From: Bispira polyomma
Taxonomy: Eukaryota
Assembly (NCBI GenBank): GCA_965649765.1
Contig: OZ287756.1
Location: 33,852,001 to 33,916,000, forward strand
Length of the DNA: 64,000 bases
Reading direction: 5' to 3'
Part shown: positions 48,780 through 58,200 of the stretch, one piece after another
Layout: each line of letters opens with the position of its first letter
Numbering within the stretch: position 1 is the first letter of the stretch
Notes under the pieces: generated by a model
The model's input: only the letters and a program-made list of their open reading frames with translations
The model's database searches: none
What the model was told of the DNA's origin: nothing
Program-made: the position numbers and the translations under genes

Positions 48780-51371
48780 GGGTGCGGACTGTCGACAGTC
48801 ACCACAGCCAGTGGTTATATACAGTATGTTAAACCGGATGTCGAGACTGCAGAGCAGGAGCATTCTGAGAGCATGAACTTAAGACATGAGTATAATAAGC
48901 AAAATTTTGAGTTAGTTAATCAAAGGAACATTTTTATGTACAGTATGAGCTTTAGGGATGGACAGTTCTTAAATGATTGTTCTCGTGATGTATTCACGAC
49001 AGATGGACAAAATAACGTCTCGTGTAGTAGCAACTCCGCCTTATGTTCTGTTGGTCACAAGTTATGTCCACCAAAAGTTCATGGCAGTAGTAATTTTATT
49101 GCAACCTCATTTCTGGTTTATTTGTATAGTAGTCACAGTTATGATGTCCTTAAAGGCCCAGTGTATTATATTGTTTGTAATGCTGACTCCAGTGTCTCAG
49201 GTGCATACACTTGGGTTTTCTTTCAAGGTCAATGGTCTCTTCAGAAACATGACCTCTCTCTACAAAAAATGTGGCCCACCAGTTTGGTTTGCACAGGTTC
49301 TGTACCTGTTTTACTTAGAAACACTGCTTCATATACCAAGGTTCGACCTTTACCAAAACATAAGAAGGTCACCCATACCCGTACAAACATCAGTTCTTCT
49401 GATTATTATATTGCCATCATTGACAACATTTGTAGTCGAACCACTCAAACAACATACGACAAGCATATAAACGCACGTGTGGATGACAAGTTTCTTTCGC
49501 GGAACCATACAATAACTGAGGACACACATATAGTAACCAACATTCCACAGGACGTTGTATTACAGAACAGTGACATACAGCACTCCCCCATAATGGAAGA
49601 AATTGTGAATGAGGACATTTTACTTACTGACCAATGAACTTATGGCTTCATCCCTCACGGGAGAAACCATTTTAACTTCATAGGACCAGACAGACAACAG
49701 GTAGACTTGACTTCTTATGATAAGTTAATTGAAGTAGCTGATATCATAAAGACCACTAAGGTACCAAACTACAGACAAGCGCGTTTTCCCATCAAAAGTG
49801 ATCTCAATGTTCTCAATTGGAAGAAATACCTACTCGATTATCCGGATCAAATCGTTCTACAGTATGTAGAATTCGGGTTTCCTATATCTCTGTATGAGAG
49901 GGACAGATTGAAGGTCATAAATGTCAAAAACCATTCTTCCGCTATGGCATTTCCACAAGCCATTGACAAGTATTTCCTTACAGAAGTAGCTAAGGGCACC
50001 ATAGTCGGTCCTATTTCAGGAAAACTTCACCCGGATATACATTGCTCACCTTTATTAACAGTACCTAAAGATATTGATCAGCGTCGTTTAGTTCTAAACC
50101 TTTCTCACCCCCTTGGACAATCTGTAAATGATTGTACAATTAAAAATAAATATGATAACGTCGCTTTTAACTTAAGGTTACCTACCATTGATCAAATCAC
50201 TACCCGTATTATTGAGTTAGGAACTAAGGCCACCTTAGCGAAAGTGGACATCACTCACGCGTTTAGAAATTTAAGAATTGATCCTTTGGATTGTTTAAAG
50301 TTAGGTTACCTTTGGAAAAATAATTACTTCATTGATCTCAGTCTAACTTTTGGACTCACTCATGGCATGGCGGCCTTTATGATTATTTCTGATTGTATTA
50401 CTTACATTATGAGACAGAAAGGATATATAGTCTACAACTATATCGACGATTTTATACTCATTGAGACTGAAGATAAGGCTGCCTTAGCTTATACTACTTT
50501 GCAACAAATCCTAGCAGACCTAGGTCTCCCTATTAACACCAAGAAATTAGTTCCCCCCAGTAAGCGTGTAACTTGCATGGGCATCACTATTGACATAGAC
50601 CTCCAAACACTCAGTATTGAACAAACTAAATTAAACTCTATATTTGACACATGTTTGGAATTTAAATACTTGCATAAAGTACGTAAACAGAAGTACCAGT
50701 CACTACTGGGAAAGTTGTTGTACATACAGCGCTGTGTGAAGAATTCTCGGATATTCATGAATAGAATGTTAACGTTATTACGGCAGTCTACTAGTAGTAA
50801 AACAGTATTTTTGACAAGTGACTTTCATAAGGATTTACAATGGTTTTTAACTTTTCTCAGACAATTCAATGGTACAACTAAGTACACATACATGGATAGT
50901 TCACATGACGTGTCATTACAAGTCGACGCTTGTTTATCCGGAATCGGTGGCATATCTGGTTTAGAAGTGTTCAAAGCTCCTCTACCATGCGTCCTTAAAC
51001 AAACACTTTCCATTGTCCATTTCGAAATGGTCAGTATTCTCATAGCTTTCAAATTATGGGGTCACAAATGGAGTAATAAAAAGATCAAGATACAATCGGA
51101 TAACATGGCTGTGGTGTCTGTCGTACAGTCATCTAGAACCAGGGACGACTATTTAGGTTTGTGTTTAAGGAACATCTGGCAGATCTGTACCTTAAGGAAT
51201 ATTGACTTGACTATCAGACATATACCTGGCAAAGACAACATAATAGCAGACGCTCTATCTAGGTGGTTTGAATTAGACCATTTTGACAACACAATAAGAC
51301 AGGAACTCTTACACAACTTCATCATGCATGACATACCCATTGAATGTTTTACCTTAGATACTTATGTGTAA
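48780..51371 (+). CDS. pol: E3 pol: N-terminal extension, TGA at 49635, then intact RT + RNase H
   Basis: ORFs 48873 and 49707 are in the same frame; KVDITHAF, NYIDDF, VDACLSG, SDNMAVV, NIIADALSR. Confidence 0.9.
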
Positions 51372-52357
51372 TTTCAGATCCTTCTGACCCAGCCTCCTCA
51401 CTGATCAAAGGAGCTTTGAGACGGCTGAGACAAACTTACAGACCTAGGACACAAAGACAATATGACAGCCAGTTTAGACTTTTCTTGAGCTTCACAGTTT
51501 ACTTTGATTTAAAGGAAACCTTCTGCTTTAACAGCGTTATAGCTTTTTTGGAATTTATGACACAAACAGGTGTCTCGTACAAAGTATTGAGTAATTACTT
51601 ATCTTCCATTAGGCACAACACAAAAATTCTGAACATTCAGCAAACTGGTCTTTATGATCCTAGATTGCCATTATATTTGAGGTCATTACAACTCACTTCC
51701 AAATACACACCTCGGGTCAAAGGGGTTTTCGATTTGCACCAATTACAACAGATTTCACAAGCTTGTAGCCAGTTTCAATTTCCTGATTTATTCAGAACAG
51801 CTTTTTTGTTTGCTTATTTTGGTTTTTTACGCATTTCTAACCTGACCACCACATCAGGTCTCCCCTTTGATCCTACCAGACACCTGACAAGGGCTGACCT
51901 GTTGTTTGCCCCCCCAGGCATTCACCTCATATTAAAATGGAGTAAGACTAACCAAACCAGGAAAAACCCAGACATCATACAATTACCAGAACTTTCAAAC
52001 CCATGGCTCTGTCCTGTAAAGGCAGCCACTTCGCTATTTCACAAACACCCTCTCCCTCCTTCTTATCCATTACTGGCAAACCCACTAAATAAAGACCAGT
52101 GCCTCTCAGACTCTAGTTTAAGGCACACTCTTAGCTCTATCTTAACACAGTTAAAAATCCCAAAAGAGGGGCATTCCTTCCATTGCTTCAGGCGCTCAGG
52201 TGTCTCCTTGGCATTTAATGCTAATGTTAAACTTCAGCATATCCAAAAACACGGATGCTGGAAATCAGATGCTGTTTGGTCTTACCTTCGATCTACCTCT
52301 CATGCTTCCACAATTATTCCAACAACGTTCGCATCCCTCGTCTCTTCTACTTTCTAA
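51344..52357 (+). CDS. E3 tyrosine recombinase, intact
   Basis: FLRISN, KWSKT, HCFRRSG, HGCWKS, AVWSY supply the catalytic residues. Confidence 0.93.
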   Translation: MFYLRYLCVISDPSDPASSLIKGALRRLRQTYRPRTQRQYDSQFRLFLSFTVYFDLKETFCFNSVIAFLEFMTQTGVSYKVLSNYLSSIRHNTKILNIQQTGLYDPRLPLYLRSLQLTSKYTPRVKGVFDLHQLQQISQACSQFQFPDLFRTAFLFAYFGFLRISNLTTTSGLPFDPTRHLTRADLLFAPPGIHLILKWSKTNQTRKNPDIIQLPELSNPWLCPVKAATSLFHKHPLPPSYPLLANPLNKDQCLSDSSLRHTLSSILTQLKIPKEGHSFHCFRRSGVSLAFNANVKLQHIQKHGCWKSDAVWSYLRSTSHASTIIPTTFASLVSSTF

Positions 52358-52365
52358 TTTGGCTT

Positions 52366-52548
52366 TGGCATTTTAAAATTATTTCATCAAAAATAATTTT
52401 TTGTACAGTTGTATATAGAGACGAGTAGTTAGAATAAAAATTATCCCAAACAGCATCTGATTCCTCACTCTCAATAACTATGACCTTTAAAGGTCACACT
52501 TACCCTAGGACAACATTAGTTCAATGTCACTCACAACTTAAACGACTG
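52366..52548 (+). repeat. E3 repeat B1 (183 bp)
   Basis: Matches 53346-53528. Confidence 0.96.
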
Positions 52549-52772
52549 TTGTAGTCATTGCTCGCAAAGCATGGCTAGTCAGTCGTGAAGTTGTAATACC
52601 TTACGGTATTATATACTTACTTAAGAATTGTTTACCCAGATACACCAATCCTAGACCAGAACCTCTTTTACTTCACTACCAATCAAATCCCTTAGCTTTT
52701 AGTCAATTTCCCGCCTTTTCTCACATTTGGTCATTATTAAGTTGCAAGTTAATGTAGCAACACCTTGAAATT
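52547..52772 (+). repeat. E3 repeat A2
   Basis: Copy of 47023-47248, joined to B1 at gac-TG-ttg. Confidence 0.96.
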
Positions 52773-53345
52773 CCCACCCACCACTTTCCCTTTTACTGGC
52801 TAAAGTTAAAATGAATTTTAAATTTTTCGGACTTAGATGGAGCTCATTAACCATGTGGAAAGTCCTATCTCTTACCCCTCCTCTGAGTTCACGTTTAGGG
52901 TTCCAGGGTTGAAGAAGAGCTCTGTGAGGTAGGACTTTCTGCAGGCGAATAGGTGCCCAGCGTTTCGAGCTCCCATTCATTTTTAAATTTTAAAACAAAA
53001 TTCCTTAGCCAGTAATCACTAACTTAATTTTACTCTTCGGGACTCTGATATTCCGAGTTATTTTGTCGCCCGAATGCGTGGTTGACTTTAGTATACTATG
53101 TATGTCGCCTTTATGTGGTTGACTATATTATTATAGTACATTATCTTATGTCATTTGTCTTAGTATTATTGTTTATGTCCTACGTCTTATGTATTTGACG
53201 ATATATTTTATTTGTTGTAGTATTCAACTTTATGTCGCCCAATTATGTGGTTGGCTTTTATCTTAACACTTTACATACGTTCAGGGTTATTTTTACCCCC
53301 TTTCGTATTTTAGCCAGTTCTTGGTTCTTGTTCATGTAGCCATAA

Positions 53346-53528
53346 TGGCATTTTAAAATTATTTCATCAAAAATAATTTTTTGTACAGTTGTATATAGAG
53401 ACGAGTAGTTAGAATAAAAATGATCCCAAACAGCATCTGATTCCTCACTCTCAATAACTATGACCTTTAAAGGTCACACTTACCCCAGGACAACATTAGT
53501 TCAATGTCACTCACAACTTAAACGACTG
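53346..53528 (+). repeat. E3 repeat B2
   Basis: Copy of 52366-52548. Confidence 0.96.
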
Positions 53529-54394
53529 CTTTAAAAACATGCAAATAGTTAAATGTAAAATAAAAGAGCAGTGATCCCCCTTTTGATAAGGTCTATACTT
53601 GCGTCCTTGTAATGCCTCGGGCACGTTCGCGCATTAGTGCCTAGGCTTGTCTCCACAGTGCTCCTGGTCAGATTGCAAGATGTGAGGAACAACGACTATA
53701 CCACGACTAGACCCATTGGGATAGGGGTTATGTTTAGACCGACAGGGCCAAGACGGCAACACTCTGGATGTACATCATTATATAGCTGAGAGCATTGCTG
53801 CTGTTTTGTGTAAAAGTGCTTCTTTTTGTGTAAAGTGTGTTTTATTTAATATGTTGTCATTCCTCCACCTGTGTAATGTTAAATAGGGGATCGTATTTTT
53901 CGACCAATTAAGACTATTGCAAAATAGCTGGAATGGAAAATTTGTTCAATAAGAGACTTTTCAAAATGGCTGTCATTGGGTAGTAATCCATATACTTTAA
54001 AATGCAAATGATATTTTAATCCTACATTTTAATAATCTCAAAACTAAGTTTAAGAAGTGAACTTATGGTAACCTTAATCTAATTTCCTACCTTAATTTAC
54101 GGTTACCTTAAACTCTTTCATAAATCTGTTGTCACTTTATGCTCTACCTCAAACTAAACTGTATGTATAAAGTATTTGTTTTTTAACAAACCAAGTCAAC
54201 TAATGAAATATTTACCGCAATTGTTTACTGTGTTAAATACAAATAATTATATCAAAGCATATAGACTTGACACCGAGGAACTCTGTCAAATAAAGATCGG
54301 GTTGTATGATGTTCATAATCAAGAGAATAGTAGAGTTACGTGAAGTTCATAGTTGTGAAGGAACTAATAAACCATTTTTCACAATAAGTGTTAG

Positions 54395-55523
54395 TCAGAC
54401 AAAAGTATTATTAACAATATATTCAATATTAATAAGATAATTTCTATTGAAGTCACAAAGTTTTCTGTTTTTCTTAAATGTGGCAATTGCTTTTCTCAAA
54501 CAATATATTGCTTCTGTTGTGTTGTTGAAATTGAGCCTTTCAATACAGGTGTAGACTGGTGTAAAGTAACTCTGTCGAAATATTCCGAGGAAGGTCGCAT
54601 GAAGTAAGCTCACCCCAAATTCTTCTACTTCTTTACACAAATAGGAAGTAACCTTCCCGTTATAATACATTGACTTTCTGAAGTTCCATACACATGATAA
54701 CAGCAGATACTGCTCTGGATAACGTTTAAAATACATACAAAGTAAATCTTGATCATCAGATGGTGATAGTTCTGTATGCACATCCTTACCTGATTCTATC
54801 AGTGTTTTGATGAAGTCTAACTGTTTTAATTTCTCTAAATCCATCAGCATCAAACCCGCATTAATGCCATCTTTCACAAACAATTTTTCCCTCAATTTTG
54901 CATACCTTCTACCAATTGAGGTGGCTATGGTGTGATTAGTGCCAAATGTATGAAACACATTCCATAGTTTCCAGATGTCATCTATAAGTACCATGTCTGC
55001 ATCCATGTAAATCATTTTGGAAGTATGCTGAGCAACAAAATCTGACTGGAATATTGCAACATAGGCCATGATTTTCATACTAATATGATGTTGTTTGTCC
55101 TCCGGTAATGCTAAGTCTGATCTAGCCAAGTATTCAATTTTATAGACATTTACTCTTGATTTGGTTTCCTTTGGCCACAACTGTATTTCTCTAAGTATTT
55201 TGCCAACTGAATCATCTTTGGTGAAAATATAAAAAAATCACTCTTTTTTGGGTGGTAAATACTATTGACTTTATGAGAGTAAATCCCATATTATAAAATT
55301 GTTGGCCCATGATGATAGTGGCAATGTGGACAGTTTCATGTATAGTTTTCATGGATCGATTTACCTTTTTGTATTGTGCAGTGGTATTCTCTTGTTTGTC
55401 CATTAACTCAGTGTTATTGTTTAGCAAATAATTTTGGCTATAATTAAAAAAAATGTTTTGAGAAATTATAAACATGGCTGCCATGCATAATATAACAAAT
55501 ATCAACTTATTCTTCTGAACCAT
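54395..55523 (-). pseudogene. second GT8/GXYLT-like copy with a 1-bp insertion near 55239
   Basis: ORFs 55212-55532 and 54395-55180 align to the N- and C-terminal parts of 36039-37163; gtga versus gta at RV(F). Confidence 0.85.
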
Positions 55524-55871
55524 TGTCCACACAAATTATATAATTCTTCTGTGTGTGTTAGTCCTGTGCTATTACATTTTAACACAAACTTTAAGTGTAT
55601 TGACAACTGTTATGTGATTGTACTGCAGACAAATAGAGAACTTAAATACAGTAGCTATCCCAGATGTTTTATTTGTCAATAATATATGATATATCGTAAT
55701 GATTCTTTAAAATGTTTGTTTCGAATTTCTGGAAAAAAACATCACTTTTTGCATATAACTCATGTTCACTGAATTCCTAAGTGAATTTCAACTGACATGA
55801 GTAGTGGGGAAAATAGGTGTCTATAAAGTTTATATTATCAGCAGCTGAATTGTGATTCACCAACATTGTTA

Positions 55872-56577
55872 GCCTACGCTTCCTTTCAGCATATTCCGAC
55901 GTCGGCCGATTTGTGTGTGTCCGACGTCGGCCGACGTCGGCCGACGTAGCGCTTCCTTTCATCAGATATACACTCCATATTCGTCGGATGTGAACTTTGA
56001 AGCTTATTTTATTGTGATTACTGTGCATCTTTTTTCATTAAAATCCGTCGAAAAACGGCTCAGAAATTTAAGTTTATACATTGGTACCCATTTCTACTTC
56101 TGTATGTGTCCGTTGTGACGTGCCTGCAAAAGTGGCGTCATTATGACGTTGCTGTGACGTATAATTCACAGTAGAAGAGTAAAGTTAAAGGGGGTACCCC
56201 TATTTGAAGTTAAATATCTAAGCCGTTTTTCAACGAATTTTGGTGAAAAAAGAAGCACAGTAATCACAGTAAAATAAGTTTTCTCATGCCATTTTCCAAA
56301 TCAATATACGACAAATATTAGGTATATATCATATGAATAATATACTTAAGACAGTGTATTTAAAAACATTTTTGCTTCAACATCGGTCAGTCCTCCCGAT
56401 TTTTTCGCTCCCTGACGGATAAAATCTGATAGCCCAACAGACGTCGGCTGACGTCTGATCGGATCTGATGCAAATCTGTTGAAAGGAAGCACTTGCAAGT
56501 ATTGTATAACAAGGGAAAAAATCGGCCGACATAGGCCGACGTCGGCCGATAAAAATATGCTGAAAGGAAGCGTAGGC
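55872..56577. mobile_element. PIF/Harbinger-type MITE with 24-bp perfect TIR and TTA TSD
   Basis: gcctacgcttcctttcagcatatt at both ends; empty site acattgTTAgtctttg at ~37515-37530. Confidence 0.92.
55965..56330. mobile_element. long internal inverted repeat or nested palindromic MITE
   Basis: ~56002-56070 is the reverse complement of ~56210-56280 with few mismatches. Confidence 0.75.
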
Positions 56578-57489
56578 TTAGTCTTTGTTTGTGGCAAAGT
56601 ATCATGTAATGGCACACCTTGTTGTGCTGTCGTTTAGACAACATTTAGGTGAAAAACAGCAAATATGTAGAAGTTTTATGCCGAGTTTAAAAATCCAATC
56701 CAATTAAAGCTTAATTGAGAGTCAAAATGAAACCTCTATACATGTAACATAATAGTACAAGCGTAATCAGTGTGAGCCCAAATGAATTATTTTGCCCACC
56801 CCTTATTGATTGTACTTTGGATATTGAAACATGTTTTATTGACAAAGCATCTATGTAACAACCTTTTTTATATAGGGCATACCACTAGACAACCGAGTAC
56901 ATGTCCTTCGTAGGGTAATATATCAATGTAAATACATATATCATTTGTCGCAGATACCAGACACCAACGATACTTGAACTGTGGTCTTCTTGTACTTCAG
57001 TACCTTACTGCAGCATCCTTAACATTCGACTCATTCTTACTGTTCGAGTTGAGCGTGATCTACATAATAATACCATACCAAATGTAAACCCAAAGTCTAC
57101 ATGGGGTGAACATGACCTTAGGGTTACTGCAAAGTGACAGAGAACTAGTAGTTTAAACTATATTTTTACATCAGTATCTACAGATATATCACTTAGATAT
57201 ATTGTAAAGCCTATTACAATTAAATACATGTCAATCATATTTTACCCCAAGACAAGACTTACTACATCAAGTTTACAATGCAGTCAAAAAACTATTTTTA
57301 TTTTCTATTATCGAAATTTGCTTAAAGTATTATTTAGTAGAAAACAATTGATTTTCACAAAGTTTTTTGCCATTTATAAAATTTTTAACATTTAATGGAT
57401 TTAATAATCAATAGCAATACTCTTCACATCATTGATCGATAACTTGCTTTGTAAAAAACAAAAAACAGCTTTCTAGCTGCTTGTCTTTG

Positions 57490-58200
57490 ATTGAATCTTG
57501 GATGAGTAATTAAATATTGAAACTCAACCCTGACAAAACTGAATTCCTATTTATTGGCTCCAAAGATCAGAGGGAAAATGCTACAACAACATCCTTGACT
57601 TTCGTAGGATTCGTTGGCATTTAACTGTAGAAAATGTCATTGAAGTGGCAAATGCCCTGGTATCAAGTTGATTACTGCAACTCACTACTATATAGAATTG
57701 GACAGGGCCAACTAAACAAGCTACAGAAAATTCAAAATAACCTGCGCAGAATAGTAAGCCATGCTGGCCCTCGTATTCACACAACTACCCTGCTGAAACA
57801 ATTACATTGGCTGCCTATTGAGTTCTGTATTAAATTTAACGTAATTGTCCTCATTTTTAAGACTGTCCATGTACATCAACCTGCCTACTTATCATCTATG
57901 CTGTCTCTCAGCAATCTCACCACAGGTAATAGTCTCTCCACCTCTTAGTTGCAGCACCTGCTGAGTGGAATAGCCTGCCTACTAGTCTTTGGACTGAGAC
58001 AAGCATCACAAGTTTTAGAAAAAAGCTCAAAACACATATGTATCGACTCGCTTTTCCGCCTTAGCATTCATTTGCTGGTCATGACTGAACTCTGATCACA
58101 AACCTTTTCCATCTACCGGACTATCTTTTTCCACACTTTTTAGGATATGCGCCACAGAAAATGCCTGGTCATCGATTGTGGCGCTATAGAAGTAAAAACT
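57490..58200 (+). mobile_element. L2/CR1 LINE 3' part
   Basis: LKLNPDKTEFL, DYCNSLLY, LQKIQN, LHWLPI; 3' stem gcgccaca...tgtggcgc. Confidence 0.85.

Larger units (their letters stand above)
47023..53528 (+). mobile_element. E3: young full-length Ngaro-like YR retrotransposon (A1-gag-pol-YR-B1-A2-spacer-B2)
   Basis: A repeats identical, B repeats differ at 2 sites; RT/RH and YR ORFs intact; no frameshifts. Confidence 0.95.
44980..54285 (+). mobile_element. E4: relic YR retrotransposon of the E2 family (RT fragment ~44980-45800, YR 46041-46966, 3' tail 53529-54285), split by E3
   Basis: YWDW*LPLLVKY, GAILGPF, AYTGMFKLFLAF, CPVAA, TFHTF; post-YR and terminal DNA align with E2 29933-30055 and 30480-30578. 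Confidence 0.82.

Noticed and set aside
48973-49470. Overlapping alternative-frame hydrophobic ORFs (also 10579-10845, 9145-9522, 48589-48876)
   Set aside because: No recognisable similarity between E1 and E3 in these frames; probably shadows of the main ORFs, though not formally excluded.
52870-52960. HDV-like ribozyme (CCTCCTC resembles L3, GGCGAAT resembles J4/2)
   Set aside because: I could not build the P1/P2/P3/P1.1 nested pseudoknot in either E3 or E1, so it is reported only as an unknown fold.
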